DNA of 63,130 nucleotides, filler included, from Octopus bimaculoides (Eukaryota), in the NCBI RefSeq assembly GCF_001194135.2. It is 4 parts of 4 records of this genome, joined end to end, with 100 filler letters (N's around TTAATTAATTAA, not from the genome) between each part and the next. Parts side by side here need not be neighbours in the genome. Positions count along the whole stretch, not along the records: positions 1 to 26,326 come from NC_068991.1; 3 more parts are not named here. One strand, given 5' to 3'. Every line of letters begins with the position of its first letter. The first letter of the stretch is position 1. The notes beneath the pieces were generated by a model that saw only the letters and a list, made by a program, of their open reading frames with translations, was not told the origin of the DNA and made no database searches. Made by a program: the position numbers and the translations under genes. Below are positions 13,480 to 24,384 of the stretch, piece by piece.

Positions 13480-13780
13480 CGACACGCCAGTCTTATCAAA
13501 GCAATTTTATTAATATAGACATGACCGAGTAAGTAGTTCAATCCATATGCCAACATTACAACATAAAAACTGACAAGAAATGGTATAAACATGTGCCAAG
13601 CAAAGTACATGACAACGACCAGGCCACAATCATCTGGGATATGTCCGTTCAAACTTACAAAGAAATAAAAGCTAATCGCACAGTTATAATAATCAAGGAA
13701 TGGAAAAGAAAAAGACTTGCGTACTAATAGACATAGCATTCCCTTCTGTCCAAAATATTGCCCCAAAAGATCCATGTATC
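13480..13780 (+). mobile_element. R4/Dong-clade endonuclease-domain fragment, probably continuing 11193-12842
   Basis: RHDRV...KWYKHVPSKV...IIWDMSVQT.KEIKANR...KKTCVLIDIAFP. Confidence 0.85.
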
Positions 13781-13899
13781 TGGTGTTTATCGATCATGTC
13801 GCTTTTATCATCTTTAGCATCCCGCTACTATTATTGGTCAGCGTTCCTCTCTCGAGTCGAACTTCTTAACGTTGACACACACTGGATCTCTCTTTTACT

Positions 13900-13988
<89 letters not shown>

Positions 13989-14072
13989 GTGATGTAATGC
14001 ATAACTATAACTGGATAAATCAAGCAATCCTTATATCGGCTCTTATTATATAGAGTTGTTTAAACACTAATA

Positions 14073-14401
14073 CAGGGGTTCTCAACCGGGGTTCATATAA
14101 GATTTTTTTTCTGGTTGTGGCTGTGCTGGGGTTCCACAGAAGCAATATAGTAAATTGGGGTCCACAGTAATTTTTCAGGGGCCATGAAAAATTGTGTTTC
14201 AGACCAATAAAGTTTAAGTGCAATAAATTGGTTATACGTCCCTAATACACAGAATATTTTAACAGTTTTTATCCAAGTCCTAATAAAATTTAATTATAAA
14301 AATACAATAAGATTTTTTAAACATCGAATGGCTATGAGGGTTCACCCAAATAAAAGAGGATTCACAGGGGTCCATGGGTAAAAAATGGTTGAGAACCCCT
14401 G
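14073..14401. mobile_element. hAT-superfamily MITE with perfect 15-bp TIRs
   Basis: CAGGGGTTCTCAACC (14073-14087) and GGTTGAGAACCCCTG (14387-14401); 8-bp flanks cactaata/cacaatta match 6 of 8. Confidence 0.85.
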
Positions 14402-15431
14402 CACAATTAAGAACAACAAACTCATTGACAGGATTCCCAACCACATATTTATCCTGTCCATCGTTTGTTGCACAATGACTGCACAACAAAGCGTCTGATA
14501 TTATAATTTCTAACATAACGGTTAACAAATATGTTATATTCTCCTGATGCAGACAAGCCCTTCTAGATTAACTTAAGTTGAGGCAGATTTGGAAGTTTAA
14601 AATTTAAATCAAGAGTAGATGTTTGCAGATTATATACATTTAATATTTCTTTCCCCTGCACATTATAAAACCATAAAATTTTTAGTCGTTAGTAGCTGTG
14701 TATAGCGATATTTCACCCTTGTTTGGAATCATCAGCACAATATAACCCGAGGCTAATTAAACTAAATTAAGCATTTTCAAATCCTTCCAACAGTATAATG
14801 ATGTATTTTACATTTAAAAAGTTATGTTTAGTGAATTGAGTTGGTATCTCAGCTAGTTAATTGGCCAAATATTTAATTCAAACATTAACCAAAGCTATGT
14901 TATCAGTTTATTTATATTAAATATAAAACTAAGCTTTATACAGAAATGTTAATAGGGTTTGTACAAAAATGTGCAGCCAGTTATCGCTCGCAAGCGACTA
15001 AAGTTTGTTAACGTTAACTATTCTTTTGTTAACTGTGTAAAGTACTTGAGGAGAGTGTAAAGAGCAGACATAGGAACTCGGTTCCTTCATCCTAGACATT
15101 TCGGATCACTCAGGATGTGACAGCTAGAGAGTAAGAAGGCTGTACCTTTAGAGCTGAGTAGACTGGAATAACATGAAATAAAGCATTTTGCTGAAGGAAG
15201 TAACATTCAGCTTGATCCCGGAAGTAAACTCAAGACCTTATGATCATGTGTCCAACACCTCAGCAACTAGACCTTGAACTTTCGCAACGTGTAACCTCGA
15301 TGTACTACGGTTCTCAAGAATCGAAAACACTTCTATGATTCAAGAGACGTAATTTTCTAACTTTATAGAAGTCTTCTCCCTTGAATGTTTGAAGAAACGT
15401 TATTTGCTGACTTTATTTTGTGGACTATTCA

Positions 15432-15477
<46 letters not shown>

Positions 15478-15959
15478 CAAAGAATATATATACATGTATA
15501 CACACATATATGTACATACTTACATCTACATGTGTATATATATATGCATATCAGGGTACAGGACGTTAGAACAATGAACTACAGACAACGGAACGAACAC
15601 ATAGGAAAACGGAAAGCCACTTGGAATATTCCTTCATCAGCTGCCTCTATTNNNNNNNNNNNNNNNNNNNNNNNNNNNNNNNNNNNNNNNNNNNNNNNNN
15701 NNNNNNNNNNNNNNNNNNNNNNNNNNNNNNNNNNNNNNNNNNNNNNNNNNNNNNNNNNNNNNNNNNNNNNNNNNNNNNNNNNNNNNNNNNNNNNNNNNNN
15801 NNNNNNNNNNNNNNNNNNNNNNNNNNNNNNNNNNNNNNNNNNNNNNNNNNNNNNATATATATATTTACATACACACAATATTTATTATGTTAAGAATTAA
15901 GGTAAACTGTGTTTTCTTATTATGAATTATAAAGAAGTAATCCCCACCACTACCATTAT

Positions 15960-17600
15960 TATATTAGAAAATTAATGCGTAGAACGATTTTTAAGAAGAT
16001 CTGTGGAAAATTCTCGTTCTACGCTTTAAGCGCTACCTGAAGGAGAGTAAAATATCCTCGTTGTGGAAAGAATTTAATATCATTTTGTTTCATAAGAAGC
16101 GTGACAGAGGAGATTTAAGAATTTACTGCACCATATTCTCTTCTTTCACCTCTACAAGATCATAGTCACCAGACTGTTGAAACTGCTCGATGACCAGCAG
16201 TCGAGAAAACAAGCAGGTTTCAGTAAGAACTATAGTACGATGGATCACATATTCACTCTATCACAGCTTATAGAACGAACGAAAGAATACAAACTGCCTC
16301 TGTGTATCGCTTTCGTCGACTATTGAAAGGTCTTCGATAGCATCGAGACGAATGCAGTGTTCAAATCTCTGGAAATGCAAGGAGTCGAGGTGCAATACAC
16401 CTAACTGCTCAGATATGTGAACTTCCGATGCACCACCGATATAGCTCTGCTATTGTCACTTATAAGAGTTCCAACTGAGAATCGTCTCAAACTAAGAGAC
16501 ACCTTCTTTCCAAAGCTCTTCGCCGTACGTCTAGATATGGTCGTCAGCGACATTGACGAAAGAGGTGGCACGAACATCAATGGCAACCTACCAACGTGCC
16601 TTCGAATCATTGTTTAACTACAGATCAGCTGCAAACCATGCTAATAGAGCTGAACATCCACATCTCAGCCAAAGGGCTTAAAATGAACCGTATGAAATCA
16701 AAATCTATGCGAAGCGATGAAATGAAGGAGGTAAAGCAATACGTCTACTTGGGGCCTAGACGAGGAGAATAAGGACAAGATGGAAGACATTTACCTCGAT
16801 AAAAGATGTACTCAAGGCAAAGCAAGACAAGATCCTACGAGCCAATCTCTGCAATGGCACAGTTCCATCTGCACCCTTTTATGCAAGAGAGACATGGGCT
16901 GCTACACAAAGACAACATCGATTGGCTACGACACAAAGATCCACGAAACCATTCACGCTCGGAATATCATTGCAAAAGTATATACGAAATGAGGGAATTG
17001 GAGAACGAAGCAGAGTGTAACGAACTGATCGCAGAATACTTAAAGCACAAGTTCCACTGGGTTAGACATTTTGGAAGGTTCACAGAGATCAGGTGGATCC
17101 GAACAATTGCCGAGTGGTATCTGTTTTTGTTGGCACTCCGTCGCTTACGACATCCAGGGTTCCAGTTGATCCGATCAACGGAACAGCCTGCTCGTGAAAT
17201 TAACGTGCAAGTGGCTGAGCACTCCACAGACACGTGTACCCTTAACGTAGTTCTCGGGGATATTCAGCATGACACAGTGTGACAAGGCTGACCCTTTGAA
17301 TTACAGGCACAACAGAAACAAGCAGTAAGATGAGAGAAAGTTGTGGTGAAAGAGTACAACAGGGTTTACCACCACCCCCTGTCGGTGCCTCGTGGATCTT
17401 TTAGGTGTTTTCGCTCAATAAACACTAACAACGACCGGTCTGGGAATCGAAACCGCGATCCTATGACCGCGAGTCCGCTGCCCTAGCCACTGGACCATTG
17501 CTCCTCCACTCGAGTGGTATCTAAGAGACCGGAAAAGGACATGTGGAAAACGACTGAATAAAACTTACTTCAGTGAAGATAGAAAAGAATCATAGAATCA
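15960..17600 (+). mobile_element. RTE-clade LINE RT fragment, degenerate, interrupted by a SINE
   Basis: QAGF.KNYSTMDHIFTLSQLIERTKEYKLPLCIAFVDY*KVFDSIETNAV, LRDTFFPKLF, YVYLG, K.HWVRHF...RW...IAEWY motifs. Confidence 0.9.
17123..17510 (-). mobile_element. Full-length SINE family A with perfect 12-bp TSD
   Basis: TSD CGAGTGGTATCT at 17111-17122 and 17511-17522; tRNA-like head at the 17510 end, (AAC)-like tail at the 17123 end. Confidence 0.92.
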
Positions 17601-18040
17601 AGAAAGAATTGGAAGTGCATTGTGACCAGTGATGTATAGCAACATCTGACAGTCTGTGCGATTCAGGCGATACAGGTGATATAAGAAAACGCAGATGGTA
17701 GCTGAGAAAAGATTGCTAGTAGTAACCCTATTTCACAAATTTAATAGTAGCATATAAGCTTCGCTGAGAGTGTTCTAAAAGTTGCCTCCCTTAGGTAAAA
17801 ATTTTCAATTTTGAATTCCTTATAATGCTGTGGTTTGAAACAAGGGAAGCAATTTATATTTTATTGTAACGATTTGCACGGCCTTTTGTTCTTCGGATCT
17901 TCAAGTAAGCTAACACGGGCAAGGCCATAGTGGAATATTACTTTCGGAGTTGAATTCCCTTTCTTTTTTCTGTGTTATGCCTATGTACGGCTAAGTTTAT
18001 AATGCTTTCTTTGGGTTATATATATATATATAATTCATAT

Positions 18041-18172
18041 TTAGCAGAAGTAACGAAGTGACTCAAGGTCCGAGAGATTCGTGCGTTGGCACTTATCAAG
18101 TTTGATAAGTGTCAACGCAAGTACCTACGCACGAAATGCACGGACCTTGAGACACTCTGTTACTTCTGCTAA
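18041..18172. mobile_element. Palindromic MITE-like foldback element
   Basis: ttagcagaagtaac..agtg.ctcaaggtccg arms are inverted repeats; inner hairpin tgcgttggcacttatcaa/ttgataagtgtcaacgca; TA-rich flanks. Confidence 0.75.
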
Positions 18173-20144
18173 TTATAAATAAAAAGATGCATATACTCAT
18201 ATTTTGAGTTCTATTTTTGCTTTTTGCATCAACACACACACACATGACGAGAGGGAGAGACGCATTTTTATGTTTTTTTTTAAAGAAAAACAGTATGTAT
18301 GTATATGTGTATGTGCATATACTTGCACATACCTACCTGCCTATTTGCCTGTCTGCCTAACTACCTACCTACCTCCCTACCTCCCTACCCCCTCCCTCCC
18401 TACCTACCTNNNNNNNNNNNNNNNNNNNNNNNNNNNNNNNNNNNNNNNNNNNNNNNNNNNNNNNNNNNNNNNNNNNNNNNNNNNNNNNNNNNNNNNNNNN
18501 NNNNNNNNNNNNNNNNNNNNNNNNNNNNNNNNNNNNNNNNNNNNNNNNNNNNNNNNNNNNNNNNNNNNNNNNNNNNNNNNNNNNNNNNNNNNNNNNNNNN
18601 NNNNNNNNNNNNNNNNNNNNNNNNNNNNNNNNNNNNNNNNNNNNNNNNNNNNNNNNNNNNNNNNNNNNNNNNNNNNNNNNNNNNNNNNNNNNNNNNNNNN
18701 NNNNNNNNNNNNNNNNNNNNNNNNNNNNNNNNNNNNNNNNNNNNNNNNNNNNNNNNNNNNNNNNNNNNNNNNNNNNNNNNNNNNNNNNNNNNNNNNNNNN
18801 NNNNNNNNNNNNNNNNNNNNNNNNNNNNNNNNNNNNNNNNNNNNNNNNNNNNNNNNNNNNNNNNNNNNNNNNNNNNNNNNNNNNNNNNNNNNNNNNNNNN
18901 NNNNNNNNNNNNNNNNNNNNNNNNNNNNNNNNNNNNNNNNNNNNNNNNNNNNNNNNNNNNNNNNNNNNNNNNNNNNNNNNNNNNNNNNNNNNNNNNNNNN
19001 NNNNNNNNNNNNNNNNNNNNNNNNNNNNNNNNNNNNNNNNNNNNNNNNNNNNNNNNNNNNNNNNNNNNNNNNNNNNNNNNNNNNNNNNNNGAAGCTCATT
19101 TAACTAATCCGAGTTCTGTCAATAGTAAACCGATGGCCCTTAACAGTGAATGTACTTCGCTACTAATCTATACTAGTCTGCAATGAGGATCAACAAAACC
19201 ATCCTCTTGGGTATACTATTTTGCATTTGTTTCATGAAGTTCATAATCACCTGTATCCTTATGTTTTTTATTGTGAAAAACTTTGCGTACAACACGATGG
19301 TGGTGTTTATTCGCCATTGTCGACAATTTGGATATGGAGGTATATATGAGGAGTTTGCCCTGCATAGTTATAGGTTGCCCTTTAGCAAGGTGTAGCACTT
19401 GTTCAACTACCCTGCCAGGGATATGGCGAAGTCATGGGACTTCAGAGTGGTCAATTGTGAAGAGGTTTCGGAAAAGATCAACTGAGCCTTACGTTGATGT
19501 TGAACGGAAGAGTACTAGAAGATCAATGGTCAGGGTCACCAAGCTCTATCAAGAGAATAAATGCAACGCATCCATAGGGTCAGTGTCCAGGGTTGCGCAA
19601 CCATCTAATGAAAAATTCACTATGACTCAAGCTTTCAATTCAAATTCATAATAATGGAATTAAATAGTGACAGAGAGTCATGAGAATCAGCGAAAGCAGC
19701 GCGACCGGAGAGAGAGAGAGAGAGAGNNNNNNNNNNNNNNNNNNNNNNNNNNNNNNNNNNNNNNNNNNNNNNNNNNNNNNNNNNNNNNNNNNNNNNNNNN
19801 NNNNNNNNNNNNNNNNNNNNNNNNNNNNNNNNNNNNNNNNNNNNNNNNNNNNNNNNNNNNNNNNNNNNNNNNNNNNNNNNNNNNNNNNNNNNNNNNNNNN
19901 NNNNNNNNNNNNNNNNNNNNNNNNNNNNNNNNNNNNNNNNNNNNNNNNNNNNNNNNNNNNNNNNNNNNNNNNNNNNNNNNNNNNNNNNNNNNNNNNNNNN
20001 NNNNNNNNNNNNNNNNNNNNNNNNNNNNNNNNNNNNNNNNNNNNNNNNNNNNNNNNNNNNNNNNNNNNNNNNNNNNNNNNNNNNNNNNNNNNNNNNNNNN
20101 NNNNNNNNNNNNNNNNNNNNNNNNNNNNNNNNNNNNNNNNNNNN

Positions 20145-20239
20145 CCTCATCTCGTTTGTTGTTAACAAAACGTTTCGGCTGATATACCCTCCAGCCTTCA
20201 TCAGGTGTCTTGGGAAAATTTCGAACCTGGGTTACGATG

Positions 20240-20273
<34 letters not shown>

Positions 20274-20383
20274 CATTATGTAGGTCACTGCCTGGAATCG
20301 AACTCGGAATCTTGGCGCAGTGGTTAAGAGCGCGGGCTACTAACCCCTAAGTTATCCTTGATTTAGAAAACTTATGATATAAA
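20145..20383. repeat. Exact 239-bp duplicate of 21434-21672, both at contig ends (probable assembly overlap)
   Basis: Identical by eye, each copy abutting an N gap. Confidence 0.9.
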
Positions 20384-20592
20384 ACAAAACAGATCAAACA
20401 GAAGTTCTATTGTCTCGTCATTTTAAGGCTATGTAGGATTACATTGTCTCGTGTAACTTTCCCTTTAGACAACAGGGTGTGATTTAAGAGATATTTTGCT
20501 GCTTTTTCTGATAGGACAAGCGACGATATAATTATTCCCTTTTTAGATCCGAGAGAGAAGTGTGTATTTCAGTTTAAATGAGGTTAAAGTGT

Positions 20593-20631
<39 letters not shown>

Positions 20632-20702
20632 TATGAGAGGAGCAAGAAAATGTCAGTGGCGGTAACAATAACATATTTATAATATATAATATGAAATGAA
20701 AC

Positions 20703-20710
20703 AAAAAAAA
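20703..20710 (-). terminator. RNA polymerase III terminator (T8) of the tRNA-Met gene
   Basis: Minus strand AAG-TTTTTTTT begins 4 nt after the discriminator base. Confidence 0.85.
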
Positions 20711-20713
20711 CTT

Positions 20714-20808
20714 TGCCCCAGGTGAGGATCGAACTCACGACCTTCAGATAGCTCGACCAATGTATTATGATTATGAGACTGACGCGCTGCCTACTGCGCT
20801 ACCGAGGC
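20714..20808 (-). tRNA. tRNA-Met(CAT): Elongator tRNA-Met(CAT) gene with a 22-nt intron at canonical position 37/38 (intron 20750-20771)
   Basis: GCCTCGG TA GCGC AGTAGGCA GCGC G TCAGT CTCATA [ATCATAATACATTGGTCGAGCT] A TCTGA AGGTC GTGAG TTCGATC CTCAC CTGGGGC A: fully pairing acceptor, D and T stems, U31-U39 apposition typical of elongator Met, anticodon at 20775-20773, downstream T8. Confidence 0.95.
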
Positions 20809-21056
20809 ACTTGGAAATACGCTCTTTAACTTAGTATAGAACATGATCTTGCTCTATTGTTTTATTTATATCTTCAGTTGATTAGCATAAACAAACTAAA
20901 TCTCATTAATATCCTTTCATTCTTTTAATGATAATTGCTTAATTAGATGCGAAGTTCTAATTCTAATAAGTGGTGTTAGTTCCTACAACAAAGGGAAGTA
21001 AGAAATCTTGGTTCAAGAAGAAGTGCCTTTATGTGGTCACTCCAACTGCAAGAAAT

Positions 21057-21184
21057 AACAGTTAAATCTCTTTCGGATCACATCCCTCCTCCTTATAAAT
21101 GTGAAGATACATTGGATGATGTAGTCTTTAGATAAATTGTGCCAAATAGAAATAACAGCCACCGATATGATCGCCTTTGATCAG
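21057..21184. repeat. Exact 128-bp duplicate of 22478-22605, both at contig ends; part of a dispersed SINE-tail-like repeat family
   Basis: Identical sequence; related degenerate copies at about 20440-20530(-), 31420-31590(+), 45990-46230(-) and 52875-52945(+). Confidence 0.85.
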
Positions 21185-21399
21185 NNNNNNNNNNGAGAGA
21201 GAGAGAGAGAGAGAGGACAATATTACGAGTCGTATATTCACCACCGCTCATGCTGAAAAACAAGCATATTTCAAGTTCAGTTTGTGAGGTACATTTGTGC
21301 ACTTCACAATCTCTCCCCCAAATTACAGTAGAAATTTTAGTTCGTTTATTCAGAATCTCTGTAGTATCTTCCCATCTCCTGTCCTGAACTGAAGTACCT

Positions 21400-21528
21400 C
21401 TATTTACGTTGTTTACATTTGACGGATATTTATCCTCATCTCGTTTGTTGTTAACAAAACGTTTCGGCTGATATACCCTCCAGCCTTCATCAGGTGTCTT
21501 GGGAAAATTTCGAACCTGGGTTACGATG

Positions 21529-21562
<34 letters not shown>

Positions 21563-21636
21563 CATTATGTAGGTCACTGCCTGGAATCGAACTCGGAATC
21601 TTGGCGCAGTGGTTAAGAGCGCGGGCTACTAACCCC
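21400..21636 (-). mobile_element. Composite non-autonomous element: tRNA-like head (34-bp part inverted), (AAT)n, and Penelope-type hammerhead tail
   Basis: B-box GAGTTCGATTCC on minus (21602-21571), A-box part GGCGCAGTGG on plus (21603-21636), (ATT)n 21533-21567, hammerhead core 21452-21499. Confidence 0.6.
21452..21499 (-). ncRNA. Minimal type I hammerhead ribozyme motif, Penelope type (duplicated at about 20163-20210)
   Basis: GACAC-CUGAUGA-A-GGCUG(gagggtatat)CAGCC-GAAAC-GUU-UUGUU; 5-bp stem II, palindromic ACGU stem III, stem I pairs 4 of 5; one extra A after A9. Confidence 0.6.
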
Positions 21637-23389
21637 TAAGTTATCCTTGATTTAGAAAACTTATGATATAAANNNNNNNNNNNNNNNNNNNNNNNNNNNN
21701 NNNNNNNNNNNNNNNNNNNNNNNNNNNNNNNNNNNNNNNNNNNNNNNNNNNNNNNNNNNNNNNNNNNNNNNNNNNNNNNNNNNNNNNNNNNNNNNNNNNN
21801 NNNNNNNNNNNNNNNNNNNNNNNNNNNNNNNNNNNNNNNNNNNNNNNNNNNNNNNNNNNNNNNNNNNNNNNNNNNNNNNNNNNNNNNNNNNNNNNNNNNN
21901 NNNNNNNNNNNNNNNNNNNNNNNNNNNNNNNNNNNNNNNNNNNNNNNNNNNNNNNNNNNNNNNNNNNNNNNNNNNNNNNNNNNNNNNNNNNNNNNNNNNN
22001 NNNNNNNNNNNNNNNNNNNNNNNNNNNNNNNNNNNNNNNNNNNNNNNNNNNNNNNNNNNNNNNNNNNNNNNNNNNNNNNNNNNNNNNNNNNNNNNNNNNN
22101 NNNNNNNNNNNNNNNNNNNNNNNNNNNNNNNNNNNNNNNNNNNNNNNNNNNNNNNNNNNNNNNNNNNNNNNNNNNNNNNNNNNNNNNNNNNNNNNNNNNN
22201 NNNNNNNNNNNNNNNNNNNNNNNNNNNNNNNNNNNNNNNNNNNNNNNNNNNNNNNNNNNNNNNNNNNNNNNNNNNNNNNNNNNNNNNNNNNNNNNNNNNN
22301 NNNNNNNNNNNNNNNNNNNNNNNNNNNNNNNNNNNNNNNNNNNNNNNNNNNNNNNNNNNNNNNNNNNNNNNNNNNNNNNNNNNNNNNNNNNNNNNNNNNN
22401 NNNNNNNNNNNNNNNNNNNNNNNNNNNNNNNNNNNNNNNNNNNNNNNNNNNNNNNNNNNNNNNNNNNNNNNNNNNNNAACAGTTAAATCTCTTTCGGATC
22501 ACATCCCTCCTCCTTATAAATGTGAAGATACATTGGATGATGTAGTCTTTAGATAAATTGTGCCAAATAGAAATAACAGCCACCGATATGATCGCCTTTG
22601 ATCAGGGCTGACCTAGAACTAAGCAACAAATATGATCATGACCATGATCATCATCATCATCATCATCACGAGCGAACTAAAGAACTTCTATACTGCTGCT
22701 TGACCAACTAAAATTCGAAGTTAAGTGGCCCTCAATTACAGAGCATCGGACAAAGGGACCTTGCAGCATATATTCGAGTTTTTGTTCTGATGTCAACTAC
22801 CGTCCAGTTTAATGTTTGAATATCATACTTCCGAGGGTCAATAAATGAAGCCTCTATTCGCGGCGATTGATTAGCAGGATTGTCAGAACAGGACAGGACG
22901 CCTTGCAGTATAAGTGCCATCTCTTCGTGTTCTGAGTTCAAATCCCACCGTGGCCCTCTGAGTTAGTTGAGTTAATCCGTCACCCGATTAAACACCACCA
23001 CTTAGTCCTTGAATACCTTTAGCAGAGCCCACTCTGTTACAAGCCTGGGCCTGATCTCTGGAATAGGGATACTTTCCTCCGTTCCTTCCTCTACTCTATT
23101 TCTATCTGAGGTCAAAAGGTCATAGGCACAGCCCTCCTTCTATATTAAATGACAAAGTATTACGCAACCATTTAAAGATAATTGTGCGTCACATAGGATT
23201 TTGTGGCCTGATAAATACGGTAATGTCCTGAAGCCGTAGGTAATTAAAAGTGTAGGCAATGAAAAGTTAATTAAATATACGCAAAGAAAGTAGTGGAATT
23301 AAATAAAACGTAATAATTATCTAATTATTTCCTCTTTAGTAATGTTTCATTCTTCATTAGTAATGTTAAATGAGTGAAATAATAGAGCT

Positions 23390-23540
23390 AAAAGTTGTTG
23401 GCACTCCGTCGCATACGACGTCGAGGGTTCCAGTTGATCCGATCAACGGAACAGCCTGCTCGTGAAATTAACGTGCAAGTGGCTGAGCACTCCACAGACA
23501 CGTGTATCCTTAACATAGTTATATTTAGCGTGACACAGTG
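23390..23540 (-). mobile_element. SINE family A 3' fragment
   Basis: Near-identical to 17126-17280 until 23515. Confidence 0.85.
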
Positions 23541-23573
23541 TGAAGGTCGTGAGTTCGGTCCTCAACCACGGCA
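23541..23573 (+). pseudogene. tRNA-Met 3'-half remnant followed by T5
   Basis: TGAAGGTCGTGAGTTCGGTCCTCAACCACGGCA vs intact gene TGAAGGTCGTGAGTTCGATCCTCACCTGGGGCA. Confidence 0.7.
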
Positions 23574-23770
23574 CATTTTTCTCCCCTATTTTTAGTTGTA
23601 AAAATGTACTTTTTGACACAATAAAGTATCCACGTTATAAAGGGAGGTGTAAATATTTGAAAGATACCGCACAGTTCGATTAAAATATTCTTTCTGTTTT
23701 TTATTGCATGTATAATATTATACACACCCTGCAGCGATGCTGTGCTAAGGCAGAAAAAGTAGTTCCCACT

Positions 23771-23793
23771 ACCTCGGTAGCGCAGTAGGCAGC
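23771..23793 (+). pseudogene. tRNA-Met 5' remnant (acceptor 5' strand and D arm)
   Basis: ACCTCGGTAGCGCAGTAGGCAGC, 22 of 23 identical to the intact gene; upstream 26-nt flank also partly similar (about 17 of 26). Confidence 0.75.
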
Positions 23794-23816
23794 AAGTTGC
23801 TGTCGTAATCAATCAA

Positions 23817-24180
23817 GTGGAAATATCGGAACGTCGTGAACTTGCCCTGAAGGCAAAGTGCTTCATGGCACATAATTTTTTAGTTGAATATGTTTATTTT
23901 CTGACACTGAAGAAACTCATTTTATAAAGGGAAGTATAAATATTTGCTCGATTCACAGCCTTGGTCAACATCGATAGCGTGGAAATAGGAGACTGGTATA
24001 CATGGGTGACTGCTGATCGACCTTGCTCGGACTTGTGCCTCGGAGAAGAAGTTTCTAGGTGCAATCTCATGGCCCTTCTTGATCGAAGTGGGTTTTTGCT
24101 CCTTACTTTTAACGAATTCAAAGTATATCCCTTGCGGCGTTGCTATAACAAGGCGGAAGAATTTGCCAAAAAATAAAATT
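23817..24180 (+). mobile_element. 3' fragment of a Tc1/IS630-type element related to 35795-37545
   Basis: gctcggacttgtgcctcgga...caatctcatgg shared with the minus strand of 35950-36025; EI-x8-KA-x16-TLKK spacing identical in both copies. Confidence 0.6.
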
Positions 24181-24324
24181 TAGTTTTATCGAATAATTAG
24201 GTTGATGTAGCCCTCACTACCTCTAAATATCGCATGGTTGATTCTCAGCTAGGTCAACAGTGCATGTGTTGAGAGGATGTATGTATCTGTTGGACATCTA
24301 AAATAGAAAAGAAGACATACCGAA

Positions 24325-24374
24325 ATACATACATACATACATACATACATACATACATACATACATACATACAT
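24325..24374. repeat. (TACA)n microsatellite
   Basis: Seen directly. Confidence 0.95.
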
Positions 24375-24384
24375 AGAGATCCGA

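Noticed and set aside
19100-19620. piggyBac-like transposase remnant (YNTM-GGV after a 1-nt frameshift)
   Set aside because: A single short motif requiring an assumed indel; the rest does not align convincingly
20145-21672. Genuine tandem duplication of the hammerhead-containing element, which would favour dimer cleavage
   Set aside because: Copies are identical and end at contig edges; better explained by contig overlap or mis-ordering
23541-23793. Circularly permuted tRNA gene (3' half before 5' half)
   Set aside because: A T5 terminator follows the 3' half, the anticodon arm is absent and the acceptor strands do not pair well; TE truncation explains it better
23794-23860. Continuation of a degenerate intron-containing tRNA-Met
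   Set aside because: The gtcgtga resemblance falls in sequence that aligns in frame with the Tc1-like element from about 23817; probably coincidental
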